From: an uncultured Acidobacteriota bacterium
GTDB taxonomy: Bacteria; Acidobacteriota; Terriglobia; Terriglobales; Acidobacteriaceae
DNA: 64,000 bases
Assembly: GCA_963745965.1 (NCBI GenBank)
Contig: CAVUZC010000006.1
Span: 148,895-212,894 of the forward strand
Reading direction: 5' to 3'
The number at the start of each line of letters is the position of its first letter. Position 1 is the first letter of the stretch. Shown here piece after piece: positions 41,689 through 52,496 of this stretch. A program made the position numbers and the translations under genes. The notes beneath the pieces were generated by a model. The model made no database searches. It worked only from the letters and a program-made list of their open reading frames with translations, and was not told the origin of the DNA.

Positions 41689-42801
41689 TTATTTCGCAGA
41701 CGCAATTACCGCGCGCAATGCCGCTGCTACTTCTTCCTGTTGCTCACCGGTAATGCTGTTGAAAAACGGCAGCGCCAATGTTCGCCGCGCAATTGATTCC
41801 GTGACCGCGAGATCTTCGCCGACGCGCCCGCGCGAGGCCGGCTGCAAATGAATCGGCGCAAAGTACCGGCCCGTAGCAATGCCCTGCGCAGCAAGCCGCT
41901 CGCAAACTTTGTCGCGATCCAAGCCCTCAGGCAGCCGCACCACATAAACGAACCAACTGATCTCGCGCCGCGGAAGACTGAGCGGCGGTCGCTCCAATCC
42001 AGGAATACCTTCGAGCAGCGCGTCGTAACGCTGGGCGGCTTTTCTCCGCATCTGAAGCATTGCGTCAATCCGCCGCAACTGCACGCGCCCTAGCGCACAG
42101 GCCAGCTCCGACAGCCGATAGTTGTAGCCCAGCTCAACTTGATCGAGCCAATCGAGATTCCCGTCACGCCCTTGATTGCTGAGCCGGCGCAAGCGCGTAG
42201 CGTGCGTCGCATCACGCGCAAGCACCGCGCCGCCCTCGCCCGTCGTCATCTGCTTGTTGGGATAGAAACCAAAAACTGCCAGGTCGCCGAAGCTCCCCGT
42301 TTTACGCCCATCGAATTGCGCGCCAATCGCCTCACATGCATCTTCAATGAGCGCTAGCCCGCACCTCTGCGCCAGTTCGCACAGCGCATCCATCTCCGCC
42401 GGCACTCCGAAGGTATGCACCACCAAAACCGCCCGTGTGCGCGGCGTGATCGCCCGCTCCACAGCCGCCGAATCGAGATTGAGCGTGACCGGATCGATCT
42501 CCGCGAACACCGGCCGTGCGCCTGCCTGGTGAACCACGCCGGCCACAGCCACGAATGCGAATGAAGGCACAATCACTTCGTCGCCCTCGCCAATACGCAA
42601 CGTCAGCAGCGCGAGATGCAGCCCTGCAGTCCCCGAGCTGACAGCAACCGCGTGTTCCACGCCGCAATACGCAGCCAGTTCCGATTCAAACGCGGCAAGC
42701 TCCGGGCCGAGGCAAAGATGCGGCGTCCGCAGAACAGCGGTGACGGCCGCGATCTCCTCTTCGCCCACGTCGGGAGCAGACAATGGAATGCGCGCTCTCA
42801 T
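41689..42801 (-). CDS. DegT/DnrJ/EryC1/StrS aminotransferase
   Basis: AVSSGTAGLHLAL, IEDACEAIG, FGFYPNKQMTTGEGG (PLP Lys), GYNYRL. Confidence 0.93.
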   Translation of the reverse strand: MRARIPLSAPDVGEEEIAAVTAVLRTPHLCLGPELAAFESELAAYCGVEHAVAVSSGTAGLHLALLTLRIGEGDEVIVPSFAFVAVAGVVHQAGARPVFAEIDPVTLNLDSAAVERAITPRTRAVLVVHTFGVPAEMDALCELAQRCGLALIEDACEAIGAQFDGRKTGSFGDLAVFGFYPNKQMTTGEGGAVLARDATHATRLRRLSNQGRDGNLDWLDQVELGYNYRLSELACALGRVQLRRIDAMLQMRRKAAQRYDALLEGIPGLERPPLSLPRREISWFVYVVRLPEGLDRDKVCERLAAQGIATGRYFAPIHLQPASRGRVGEDLAVTESIARRTLALPFFNSITGEQQEEVAAALRAVIASAK

Positions 42802-43979
42802 AGGCGCTCCAGCGGGACCGGCTGCTTGATCAGCAAGCCATCGAGCGGCACCGTCGCCAGCACGCGCGCGATCGTCTCCGCCGCAGTCCCGTCGCCGTAA
42901 GGATTCGTCATGCCAGCGAGGCTCGCGCGAAACGCAGGATCGAGCCCCCGATCGAACGCCGCGCCAATCGCCTCCGCCTCGGCTGGCACGTCAATCACAT
43001 TGCGTGCGCGCTCCCGGCCCTGCTGGCGCATCCCCACATTCACAACCGGCAGCGCAAACGACGCCGCCTCCATAATCCCACTCGATGAATTGCCAATCAT
43101 CAAATCGGCCTGCCCGAGCAGGCTCCAGTAGCTGACGGAGTCGAGATTGACGAAGACGTGGGTGTGGGTTCTTGCCTGAACCAGAGCTTTCAAACGTTCG
43201 CTCAGCGCGAAGCTGCCCGCGTCGGCGTTCGGATACACAAAAATAATCTGTCCCGGCCCATGTTCGATCGCTGCAAAAAAAGCGTCAGCCTCGGCATTCG
43301 TGTCACGCAGAATCGTCACAGGATGCCACGCGGCGACGATGGTGGGCGAAGTCAGCCGCAGGTTCAACCGCTCTTCGAGCGCCGCGCGATCCAAGAGCTT
43401 CGAACGGCGCAGGTGATCGAGCGACGGCGCGCCGGCACGATGTACGCGCCACGGCTCCTCGCCCATCGCAATCACGCGCCGCCGCGCCGTATCCGTCGAA
43501 GTAAAGTGTACGTGCGCAAGCTTGGTCAGAGCGTTGCGCACCTGGTCGTCGATCGCACCCTGGCTCACCTCGCCGCCCTCGATGTGCGCGATGGGAATGC
43601 GCAACGCTGTCGCCGTCGCGGCCGGGGCCAGCATCTCGTAGCGGTCGGCGATGAGCAGCAGCAGGTCGGGACGCCACGCAGTCAGTGCATCCGCAAGCCC
43701 CAGCATCGCAACACCAATGGTCTTTGCCATACCCGTATCCGTGTCGGAGCTGAGCAGGCATTCAATGCGCGCCTTCACGGGAAATCCGTCGCGCTCAATT
43801 TCCGAAATCGTGTTGCCGAACTGCGGCGCGAGATGCGCTGCCATTGCAAACACGCCCAGTTCGATCTCCGGATGAGTAGCCAATTCGCGCAGCGGCCAAT
43901 AAAGATGGCTGTAATCCGCGCGCGAAGTAGTCACCACGCCAATACGGCGTCGCGCAATGCTGTGAGTTTCTGCGCTCAT
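42798..43979 (-). CDS. neuC: UDP-N-acetylglucosamine 2-epimerase (hydrolysing, NeuC/LegG type)
   Basis: TTSRADYS, ADRYEML, HIEGGEVSQGAIDD.VR.ALTKLAH.HF, HPVT, GNSSSGIMEA, GMRQQGR, NPYGDG. Confidence 0.92.
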   Translation of the reverse strand: MSAETHSIARRRIGVVTTSRADYSHLYWPLRELATHPEIELGVFAMAAHLAPQFGNTISEIERDGFPVKARIECLLSSDTDTGMAKTIGVAMLGLADALTAWRPDLLLLIADRYEMLAPAATATALRIPIAHIEGGEVSQGAIDDQVRNALTKLAHVHFTSTDTARRRVIAMGEEPWRVHRAGAPSLDHLRRSKLLDRAALEERLNLRLTSPTIVAAWHPVTILRDTNAEADAFFAAIEHGPGQIIFVYPNADAGSFALSERLKALVQARTHTHVFVNLDSVSYWSLLGQADLMIGNSSSGIMEAASFALPVVNVGMRQQGRERARNVIDVPAEAEAIGAAFDRGLDPAFRASLAGMTNPYGDGTAAETIARVLATVPLDGLLIKQPVPLERL

Positions 43980-45082
43980 ACGTACACCCGTGGAGCGCGG
44001 TTTTGCGCCAGCGCCAACACGCTCTCGCTAGGGCGATAATCGGGAACCAGCGCGCAAAGATGCTTGAGCGCTGCAGCTAGGTCGCGCTCCTGCAAAGCAC
44101 CCCGCAACGCCGCAAGACCGCTTGCGAAGTCTTCTGGCTGGGGCCGGTTAGAGCGGATCAACAGCAGACCGTCCGCGGCAGAGCTGGCACACTCGCCATC
44201 ATCCCACAACCGCTCCACTAGCTTGTCGCCGGGCCGCAGCCCCGTGAAATGAATCGAAATTTCGCGGCCGGGCGCGAGCGTGCGCGCCATGAACCCCGCC
44301 AATTCCGCAATGCTGTGATCGGCTTCGAGAGCCGGGCCTAGCAACATCGCCGTAGCCGTGTTTTCCGAAAGGTGCGCCGCCGCAAGCAGCAGGTCCACGG
44401 CTTCCTCCATGGTTAGAAAATACCGGCGGGCCTCCGCATCGGTCACGGTCATTGGGCCCCCGTGCGCGATCTGTTGCGCAAAAGCCTCCGTCACGCCGCC
44501 GCTCGAACCAAGCACATTCGCCAACCGCAGAACCGTTCCGCCGCTCGCGAGGACAATCCTCTCGGCAACTCTTTTCGTTGCACCCATCACCGATGCAGGC
44601 TGGACCGCTTTATCGGTCGAGAGCAGCACAACACGCGCGCCATGTTTCGCGCCCGCGGCAACCAGCGCTTCCGTAGCGAACACATTATTCGCGATGGCGG
44701 CAAGCGGCTGCGTTTCGAGCAATGGAACATGCTTATGCGCGGCGGCATGAAAGATAATGCTCGGCTGGTAGACGGCAAAAAGCTCCTCCAGAGTAGCGCC
44801 GTCACCCGCGCTTCCAAGCACGAAGGTCGCGTCTGCATTCCCATTCGTGTCCGCCATAGCTTGCTTCAACTGATAAAGACGGGTTTCGCTAGCCTCAAGC
44901 AGAACCATGCGCGACGCGCCCGATTGCGCCAGGCGCGGCGCCAGCGCGGAACCGATGGAGCCGCCCGCGCCGGTGATGAGGATATGCGTATCGACAAAGG
45001 CGTCCAGTACCTCCGGCCAGGGCCGGGACAAGGGCGGGCGCGCCAAAAACTCGCGCCAGTCGATCTGATGATGATCTGCAAT
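43976..45082 (-). CDS. Nucleotide-sugar 4,6-dehydratase (PglF/CapD/LegB-like catalytic domain only); start approximate
   Basis: ITGAGGSIGS, FHAAAHKHVP, STDKAV.P..VMGATKR.AE, NVLGSSG, GGPMTVTD...RYF, TGLRPGDKL.E. Confidence 0.85.
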   Translation of the reverse strand: MADHHQIDWREFLARPPLSRPWPEVLDAFVDTHILITGAGGSIGSALAPRLAQSGASRMVLLEASETRLYQLKQAMADTNGNADATFVLGSAGDGATLEELFAVYQPSIIFHAAAHKHVPLLETQPLAAIANNVFATEALVAAGAKHGARVVLLSTDKAVQPASVMGATKRVAERIVLASGGTVLRLANVLGSSGGVTEAFAQQIAHGGPMTVTDAEARRYFLTMEEAVDLLLAAAHLSENTATAMLLGPALEADHSIAELAGFMARTLAPGREISIHFTGLRPGDKLVERLWDDGECASSAADGLLLIRSNRPQPEDFASGLAALRGALQERDLAAALKHLCALVPDYRPSESVLALAQNRAPRVYV

Positions 45083-45193
45083 CACACGAGCAGTATAAAT
45101 TCGAACTACTGTTCCCCGCGTGCGCACTGCCACATGCGATCGACCTGCTCCTACGTATACTGTTCTGTTCCGCAGCGTAGGAGAATTGCCGTT

Positions 45194-48100
45194 GTGAGTA
45201 CGGGAACGACACGAAAGACCTGGTCTTTTCTATTCGCCGTCCTGATTTGCACGCCGCTCATAGGCGCGCAGACCCCAACTGGCGCCGAGGCAATCCGCCT
45301 GAACAATCGCGGCGTCGCCTTGATGGGCCAGCAGTCGACCCAGCGCGCGGCCGATACCTTCGCCGCAGCCCTCCAAAAAGACCCAAAGCTGGCGCAGGCC
45401 GCAATCAACGAGGGCATCGCGCTGCTTGTCCTCGAAAAACTGGACGACGCCAAACCATATCTGCGCAAGGCGATCGCGCTCGATCCTAACAACCCTCAGG
45501 CGTGGTACAACCTCGGCCTCGCGCAACATGCGAGCAACGATCTGCCAAATGCGCTGGCCAGCTTTCAGCAGGCGGCGAAGCTCGATCCCAAAGACGTGGA
45601 CTCGCTCTATTTCGAGGGCGCGTGCTATCAGGAAATGGGCCAGTACGATCGGGCGATCGCAATTTTCAAGAAGACGCTCGCAATCAACCCGCTTCATGCT
45701 TCGGCCGAGTTCGCACTGGCGCGCTCGCTGCAACGCACCGGGCACACGGCGGAAGCGCGCGAGCACCTCAAAATCTTTCAGCACTTAACCAGCACAAAAA
45801 TCTCGTCGCCTATCGGCCTGTCCTACGGCGAGCGAGGCCGCTACTCCACAGTGACTCCGATCGAGGAACCTGAGTCCATTCAGCGTCCGATGATCCCGGT
45901 AAGGCTCGTTGCGCAGCCGATGGTTTCTGCCGCCGAGGCGCGCACATTCTTCACCACCGGCGGCGCGTGCATGATGGACGTCACCGGCTCGGGACAGATG
46001 GATCTGATCCTGATGCAGTCTGGCCCGCAAGCCATCCGCATCTTGCACAATCGGGGTGGCGGCAGCTTTGAGGTGTTGGATGTCGAAGCGGCCGGGCTGA
46101 AAGCGAGCGGCCATGCCGTCGCCTGCGCGGTGGGCGACTATGATCGCGACGAGATGAACGACCTTGCCGTGGCCATGGATGACCGCGTGCTTCTGTTCCG
46201 CAATCTGGGGCACGGCAAGTTCAAGGATGTAACGGCAACTTCCGGCATCGTCCCGCGCAATCGGCCCACCGGCATCACGTTTGTGGATTACGACCACGAC
46301 GGCAATCTCGATCTGCTGCTCACAGGCGCACCGGTACGCGCGGGCGGACCCTCCAACGTGCTGTGGCGCAACAACGGCGATGGGAGCTTCACCGAAAAGA
46401 CCGAGGAGACCGGCATCGGCGGAAGCGGCAAAACCGAGGCAGCAATTCTCACCGACTTTAACAACGATCGTGCCGTCGATCTTGCGGTGACAGGCGACGG
46501 GGCCGCGCCGATTCTCTATATAAATCCCCGCGAAGGCAAATATCCGACGCAGCCGCTGTACGAAGGTGTTGCGCTGCCGCCGACGACGGGCATCGCGGTG
46601 CTCGACTACAACAAAGACGGCTGGATGGATATAGCCGTGACCCACGCGGGAGCACCGGGCCTCACGCTGTGGCGCAACGTCGAAGGCCCCAACCACATCG
46701 GCCGCCGCTTCGAGCGCGTCGATCTGCCGCTCCACGGCGCATTGCGTGGATGGGGCGTGACACCCATCGATATCGACAACGATGGATGGATCGACCTTGC
46801 CGCGATTGTCGAAACGCGGGCCGGCCCGCGCGTGCGCGTCTTTCGCAACCGCGGTGACGGCGCCTTTGAAGACATGAGCCATGCGCTGGGCCTGGACAGT
46901 ATCCGCCTGACTGCGCCGCGCGGGCTGATCGCCGCCGACGTAGACGGCGACGGCGCTCCCGATCTGATCGTGACCCAGCTAAACGCGCCGCCGCTGCTGC
47001 TGCGCAACCTGGGAGCGAACAAGAACCACTTCGTCCGTCTCGACCTGACCGGCTTCGCAGACAATAAGACCGCCCTGGGCGCGAAGGTCGAAGTCTTCGC
47101 CAACGGGCTCTGGCAAAAATGGGAGCTTGCCGGAGCATCGGGCTACCAGACGCAGGCGCCGCCGCAGATTCTCGTCGGCCTTGGCCAAGCGCCGGGCATC
47201 GACCTGTTGCGCATCCTGTGGCCCACCGGCGTCCTCCAGGATGAAATTGACTTGCCGCAGACGCGGGTGATCGCCATGAAAGAAGCCGACCGGCGCGGCA
47301 GTTCCTGTCCGGTGCTCTTCGTCTGGAATGGGCACCGCTACAAATTCGTCACTGACGTCATCGGCGCAGCGGTTGTCGGCCACTGGTTCACGCCCACGCG
47401 TCGCAACACGCCGAATCCCGGCGAATGGGTGAAGGTGGACGGCGCAGATGTCGCGCTCGTGAACGGCAAAATCAGCGCGCGCTTTATGGAGCCCATGGAA
47501 GAGGTGAACTACATCGATCAGTTGCGCATGATCGCCGTCGATCACCCCGAAGACGTCGAGGTCAATCCCGATGAGCGCTTTCTCGACGATCCACCGTTCG
47601 CTTCTGGCCGCGTGATCGCAAGCAAAGGCACGCGCCTGCCCCTCGGCGCTTGGGACGGCGAAGGACGCAATGTGCTCGACCTGCTCAGCCGGCGGGATCA
47701 CAACTTTGCCAGTGGATTCACCGCTCTGCCCTACGATGGTTTCGCCAGTCTGCACGCGCTCACACTCGATCTGGGCCCGCTCGACGCGCATGCCTCGCTG
47801 CGTCTGCTGATGACCGGCTACGTGAACTACTTCAGCGCGACCTCGCTCTATGCCGCTTGGCAGGCGAATGTGAAGGAGATTCCGCCGTACGTTGAAGCCG
47901 AGCTTCCTGACGGCGTCTGGCAGCGCATTCCGGGCGACGCAGGATTTCCCGCCGGTCTCGATCGCACCATCGTCATCGACCTGACGGGCAAGCTGCCGCC
48001 AGGCACGCGCCGCATCCGCCTGATGACGAATTTGCAAATCTATTGGGACCAGGTGCTCATCGACCAAAGTTCCGATGCAGAATCGCGCACGACAGAGATT

Positions 48101-48637
48101 CCCCTGGCCAGCGCGACGCTCCACTTCCGCGGCTACCCCAAGCAGATCGACCTCGCGAGTCCCGGCGATCTCGATTACAACTACGATCTCGTCAGTTTGA
48201 CCGGCCCCTTCCAGCACGAGCGCGGCAGTTACACGCGCATGGGCGAGGTGACGCCGCTCTTAAGAAATATTAGCGACCGCTTTGTGGTCTTCGGCAGCGG
48301 CGAAGAAATTCGCGCAGAGTTCGACGCATCACACTTGCCCGCGCTGCCCCCGCACTGGAAGCGCGACTACTTCTTCTACGCCAACGGTTATGTCAAAGAC
48401 ATGGACTGGTGGGACGCGTCGCCCTTCACCGTGGCGCAAATGCCATCGCATCGAATGTCCACATACCCTTATCCAAAATTAGAAGAAAATGTGCGGTCCC
48501 TCGACTATCAGTTGAACTGGAACGACCGTTTCGACTCGGGCGAACCAGTTCGCTCCTACCGCTTCGACTACAAACTGCTGCCTTCAACGCCGAGCGACGA
48601 TCGCGAGCTGCAGACCGCGCCGGAGACACAGCCATGA
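45194..48637 (+). CDS. TPR + FG-GAP/VCBS + ASPIC/UnbV multidomain secreted protein (paralog 3)
   Basis: GTG start with signal peptide; TPRs (NNRGVALM, AWYNLGLA); DYDHDGNLD, DIDNDGWID; LGAKVEV...SGYQTQ...ILWPTGVLQDE; GSSCPVLFVWNG C-terminal extension. Confidence 0.88.
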   Translation: MSTGTTRKTWSFLFAVLICTPLIGAQTPTGAEAIRLNNRGVALMGQQSTQRAADTFAAALQKDPKLAQAAINEGIALLVLEKLDDAKPYLRKAIALDPNNPQAWYNLGLAQHASNDLPNALASFQQAAKLDPKDVDSLYFEGACYQEMGQYDRAIAIFKKTLAINPLHASAEFALARSLQRTGHTAEAREHLKIFQHLTSTKISSPIGLSYGERGRYSTVTPIEEPESIQRPMIPVRLVAQPMVSAAEARTFFTTGGACMMDVTGSGQMDLILMQSGPQAIRILHNRGGGSFEVLDVEAAGLKASGHAVACAVGDYDRDEMNDLAVAMDDRVLLFRNLGHGKFKDVTATSGIVPRNRPTGITFVDYDHDGNLDLLLTGAPVRAGGPSNVLWRNNGDGSFTEKTEETGIGGSGKTEAAILTDFNNDRAVDLAVTGDGAAPILYINPREGKYPTQPLYEGVALPPTTGIAVLDYNKDGWMDIAVTHAGAPGLTLWRNVEGPNHIGRRFERVDLPLHGALRGWGVTPIDIDNDGWIDLAAIVETRAGPRVRVFRNRGDGAFEDMSHALGLDSIRLTAPRGLIAADVDGDGAPDLIVTQLNAPPLLLRNLGANKNHFVRLDLTGFADNKTALGAKVEVFANGLWQKWELAGASGYQTQAPPQILVGLGQAPGIDLLRILWPTGVLQDEIDLPQTRVIAMKEADRRGSSCPVLFVWNGHRYKFVTDVIGAAVVGHWFTPTRRNTPNPGEWVKVDGADVALVNGKISARFMEPMEEVNYIDQLRMIAVDHPEDVEVNPDERFLDDPPFASGRVIASKGTRLPLGAWDGEGRNVLDLLSRRDHNFASGFTALPYDGFASLHALTLDLGPLDAHASLRLLMTGYVNYFSATSLYAAWQANVKEIPPYVEAELPDGVWQRIPGDAGFPAGLDRTIVIDLTGKLPPGTRRIRLMTNLQIYWDQVLIDQSSDAESRTTEIPLASATLHFRGYPKQIDLASPGDLDYNYDLVSLTGPFQHERGSYTRMGEVTPLLRNISDRFVVFGSGEEIRAEFDASHLPALPPHWKRDYFFYANGYVKDMDWWDASPFTVAQMPSHRMSTYPYPKLEENVRSLDYQLNWNDRFDSGEPVRSYRFDYKLLPSTPSDDRELQTAPETQP

Positions 48638-50055
48638 AGGAGAAGGAGCGCGATCTGGTGCTCGCTCCAGCCGCGCAGCAGTTGGAATGGTTGCGCGCTG
48701 GCCGAATCTCAGTGGCTGAGCTGGCCGAAGCCCACATCCGTCAAATCGAGCGCCTCAATCCGCAACTGAACGTCTTTGCAGACTTTGACGCGGAACGCGT
48801 TCGCGAGCGGGCGCGGAAGCACGATGAGTGGCGCGGCACCCGGTCCCGCAGGCCATTGTTCGGTTTGCCGGTGACGGTGAAGTCGTCAATCGCAACGCGT
48901 GGATTTAAGTGCGAAATCGGCAGCCTGCTGCATAAAGGCGACGTGCCAGCTGAAGATGCGGTCGTCGTCGCGCGCTTGCGCGCCGCCGGAGCCTTGATTC
49001 TCGGCACCACCAACTGTCCCGAATTCCTGATGGCCTACGAAACCGCCAACCTGCTGCATGGCCGCACGAGCAATCCGTGGGATCTTGCCCGCTCTCCCGG
49101 CGGATCGAGCGGCGGCGAATCGGCCGCCATTGCCGCGGGAATGTCGGCGGGCGGATTGGGCTCGGACAGCGGCGGATCGGTGCGCGTGCCCGCGCACTTC
49201 ACAGGCATTTGCTCGCTCAAACCCACGCCGGGCCGCATTTCCGGGCGCGGGCATCTGCCGCCGTGCGTGGGGCCGTTCTCCACTCTCGGCGCCATCGGGC
49301 CTATGGCGCGCACCATCGGTGACGTCGCATTGTTCTTCCGCACCCTCAGCGGTCAGGACCCGCTCGATCCCGCCAGTCCCCCGATCACGTACCGCGAGCC
49401 CTGCCTCGAAGAGCTGCGCTCCCATCGCATCGGATTCTTCGAAGACGACGGTCTCGTTCCCGTGACAACAGAGACGCGCGCCGCGGTGAATGCCGCAGCC
49501 GCGGCCCTCCGTGACGCCGGTTTTCGCGTCGAGCCGTTCCGGCCGCGCACCCTCGAGCCGCTGCGCAAGTTGTGGTGGACATTCTTCGTGCAATGCGGCG
49601 CCATGTTTTACGAGCCGGAGATTCGCGGCCGGCGTCACCAACTCAGCCCTATCTTCAGCGAATTCCTCTCCATCGCCGAAGCCTCCGCTCCGCTCACCGC
49701 GACGGAGTTGCTCAATGCCTGGGCCGAGCTGGACCTTCTGCGCTCCAAAATGCTCGCGGAGATGAAGGATTATCCCGTCCTCCTCTGCCCGGTAGCCGCA
49801 ATTCCTGCGTTCCGTCACGGAGAGCGCAGTTGGACCATCGACGGCGCAGAAGTTGCCTACCTCGACGCGGTCCGCTACACGCAGTGGTTCAACACGCTCG
49901 GTGCACCGGCAGCGGTGGTTCCCGTGGGCCGCTCGCCGGAAGGCTTGCCGATCGGCGTGCAGATTGCCGCCCGCCCATTCGAGGATGAAGTAGCGCTGGG
50001 CGTCGCCGCCGTCGTCGATGCGGCCTTCGGCTTCCGCCCTCCCGCCCTCGCCTGA
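48634..50055 (+). CDS. Amidase signature family enzyme
   Basis: GLPVTVKSSI, PGGSSGGESAA, GSDSGGSVRVPA (Ser-cisSer-Lys triad), GLPIGVQI; ATGA overlap with the upstream gene. Confidence 0.93.
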   Translation: MKEKERDLVLAPAAQQLEWLRAGRISVAELAEAHIRQIERLNPQLNVFADFDAERVRERARKHDEWRGTRSRRPLFGLPVTVKSSIATRGFKCEIGSLLHKGDVPAEDAVVVARLRAAGALILGTTNCPEFLMAYETANLLHGRTSNPWDLARSPGGSSGGESAAIAAGMSAGGLGSDSGGSVRVPAHFTGICSLKPTPGRISGRGHLPPCVGPFSTLGAIGPMARTIGDVALFFRTLSGQDPLDPASPPITYREPCLEELRSHRIGFFEDDGLVPVTTETRAAVNAAAAALRDAGFRVEPFRPRTLEPLRKLWWTFFVQCGAMFYEPEIRGRRHQLSPIFSEFLSIAEASAPLTATELLNAWAELDLLRSKMLAEMKDYPVLLCPVAAIPAFRHGERSWTIDGAEVAYLDAVRYTQWFNTLGAPAAVVPVGRSPEGLPIGVQIAARPFEDEVALGVAAVVDAAFGFRPPALA

Positions 50056-50187
50056 TCCTTCGTCTCCACGTTTCGCCTCCACCTTTAGGTTGAGGCGCAC
50101 GGCAAGCAATCTCGATAGACTGAATCTTCCCTAATAGATGGAGGTCGCACGGAGAGCCCTGCGTGCGCGCAAGTTGGCAACAGCAGT

Positions 50188-51084
50188 TTGCCGAAAGCCC
50201 CGGCGTTCTTGGTCGGCGCGAGCCGTCGGCGAACGCTCGTTCCGGTGCGCGATTTCTTCGTCGGCGGAGACGAATTCGTCATCATGGCCGGGCCGTGCTC
50301 GGTTGAAACCGAAAGCCAGCTCATGGCCACGGCCCGTCATGTACGCCAGGCAGGCGCGCGCATCCTGCGCGGCGGCGCATTCAAGCCGCGCACCTCTCCG
50401 TATGCTTTCCAGGGTCTTGGTCTCGAAGGTCTGAAGCTTCTTGCCCGCGCGAGCGAAGCCACCGGGCTGGCAGTAGTCACCGAGGTGCTGTCGGAGACCG
50501 ACGTCGCGCTCGTCGCCGAATACGCCGACATCCTGCAAATCGGCTCGCGCAGCATGGAGAACTACGCTCTTCTCGAAGCCGCCGCACGATCCGGGCTTCC
50601 CATCCTCCTCAAGCGCGGCATGATGGCGACGATCGCGGATTTCCTCCGCGCGGCCCAGATCATCCTCGACCATGGCAACCCCAACGTCATTCTCTGCGAG
50701 CGCGGCATCCGTACCTTTGAAACCGCGATGCGCAACACCTTCGATGCGGCCGGCATCGCGCTCCTCAAGCAAGTCACGCACCTGCCCGTCATCGCCGATC
50801 CCAGCCATGCCTGCGGCTGCCGCGAGCTGGTTCCCGCGCTGGCGCGCATCGGCGTGGCTGCCGGTGCCGACGGCCTCATCGTCGAAGTGCATCCCGATCC
50901 CGACAATGCGTGGAGCGACGGCGAGCAGTCGCTCGATTTCCCCGCATTCGATGCCATGATGAACGCGTTGGAACCGTGGATCGAAGGTCGCGCCACGGCC
51001 CTCAATGGCGCCGCGGCGGTCTTGGAAGACAAGCTGGAACAGCACGAATTCGCCGGCCTCCGCATGGCGGGGGCATCGCGATGA
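50188..51084 (+). CDS. aroF: 3-deoxy-7-phosphoheptulonate (DAHP) synthase, class I-beta, lacking an N-terminal regulatory domain
   Basis: [58 protein letters not shown]. Confidence 0.9.
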   Translation: MPKAPAFLVGASRRRTLVPVRDFFVGGDEFVIMAGPCSVETESQLMATARHVRQAGARILRGGAFKPRTSPYAFQGLGLEGLKLLARASEATGLAVVTEVLSETDVALVAEYADILQIGSRSMENYALLEAAARSGLPILLKRGMMATIADFLRAAQIILDHGNPNVILCERGIRTFETAMRNTFDAAGIALLKQVTHLPVIADPSHACGCRELVPALARIGVAAGADGLIVEVHPDPDNAWSDGEQSLDFPAFDAMMNALEPWIEGRATALNGAAAVLEDKLEQHEFAGLRMAGASR

Positions 51085-52496
51085 CGTTTCATTCTCGGAA
51101 GGCTGCCGCAACCGTAGCCATTGCACTCCTGATTCTGGCCGGCGGTTTTGCACTCAGCAGAGCCAACGCGCCGGTTCCACTAATTGAAAGCGACATCATC
51201 GTGACCGCCGCGCCCGTTTACGTGCCCCTCGCCGAACTGCATGGACAGGAGCGATTTCCCAAGGGCGCGCAGTTGCTGCTGATTCATGCGGGCAAGGCGG
51301 AACCTCTCGTCACCGGCTTCGCGGCAACAGCGGATGCAAATGTTTCGTTCGACGCACAGACCGTGCTCTTCGCCGGACAACAAAATGAAAAAGACCCCTG
51401 GCAGATTTGGGAGCTCTCGCTCAGAGATCGCTCCGTGCGCAAAGTAATTGCGAGCGAAGGCAATGCGGAACGCCCGCTCTATCTGCCCGGCGGGCGGATG
51501 GTCTGGGCCGAGCGCACGCCCTCAGGATTTCAATTGCAATCCGCTGCGGATGGCCATCCAGCCGACGGCACCCAGTGGAATCCCACCGCCGGCCCCGGCG
51601 TGCTGCCGCTCAGCTACATCCAAGGCAACGCGTTTCCCGCCGACGTCCTGCGCGACGGCAGAATTCTGTTTGAGTCCGATTACCCGCTCGGCGCAGGCTC
51701 GACACCGGAGCTGTATCTCGTCTACGCCGATGGATCGGGCATCGAGTCGGTGCGCTGCGATCATGGCCGCCCGCGCTGGGGCGGAGCGCAGCTCTCGACT
51801 GGCGACATCGTATTCACGCACGGAACTTCGCTTGCCCGGTTCACTTCCCCTCTCGCGCGCGAAGTGCCGCTCCCCTCACCTCCCGCACACTACGCCGGGT
51901 CCATCGCGGAAACCGCATCGGGCACATGGCTCGTGAGCGCGCGCACAGCGACCGACGCACACTATGCCATCAGGATGTGGCAACCCGGTTCAGCGGCACT
52001 GCGCACAGTCTTTGCTCAAACCCGCGTGGATCTCGTCGAGCCGGTCGTCGTTGCGCCGCGTCCTCGTCCCAATCGCCACCCCTCCGGCCTGCACCCCTGG
52101 AACTACGCAAATCTGCTGGCTCTCGATGTGCGCATCTCGCGCGATGGCGCTCTGCGCGGTGTGCCCGCCAGCGTGCGGCTTGAAGTGCAAGATGCGACCG
52201 GAAAAATCAGCACTACAGGAGCCGCGCCCATCGAAAGCGACGGTTCGTTCTTTGTGCAGGTTCCGTCCGACCGGCCCATCCGCTTCGCAATCCTCAATGC
52301 CAAAGGCACGGTTCTGCGTCAGGAACACGGCTGGTTCTGGAGCCGCAGCGGCGAGCAGCGCATCTGCGTCGGCTGCCATGCCGGCCCGGAGCGCGCGCCG
52401 GAAAATCGCGTGCCAGCGGTGCTGCTGCGCACCATCACGCCATTCGACCTCACCGGAAAACCTCCGGCAGTCGCAGCAGGAGGGCTCTCCAAATGA
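51081..52496 (+). CDS. Hydrazine synthase alpha-subunit-like secreted protein (TolB-like propeller + HZS-alpha middle domain, one CxxCH)
   Basis: [12 protein letters not shown]...[43 protein letters not shown]...PIRF..L...G, W...[10 protein letters not shown]. Confidence 0.7.
   Translation: MTFHSRKAAATVAIALLILAGGFALSRANAPVPLIESDIIVTAAPVYVPLAELHGQERFPKGAQLLLIHAGKAEPLVTGFAATADANVSFDAQTVLFAGQQNEKDPWQIWELSLRDRSVRKVIASEGNAERPLYLPGGRMVWAERTPSGFQLQSAADGHPADGTQWNPTAGPGVLPLSYIQGNAFPADVLRDGRILFESDYPLGAGSTPELYLVYADGSGIESVRCDHGRPRWGGAQLSTGDIVFTHGTSLARFTSPLAREVPLPSPPAHYAGSIAETASGTWLVSARTATDAHYAIRMWQPGSAALRTVFAQTRVDLVEPVVVAPRPRPNRHPSGLHPWNYANLLALDVRISRDGALRGVPASVRLEVQDATGKISTTGAAPIESDGSFFVQVPSDRPIRFAILNAKGTVLRQEHGWFWSRSGEQRICVGCHAGPERAPENRVPAVLLRTITPFDLTGKPPAVAAGGLSK

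Noticed and set aside
44462-45193. Apparent N-terminal 244 aa of the 1391-aa ORF
   Set aside because: It overlaps the minus-strand dehydratase; a signal peptide and TPRs begin only at the GTG at 45194.
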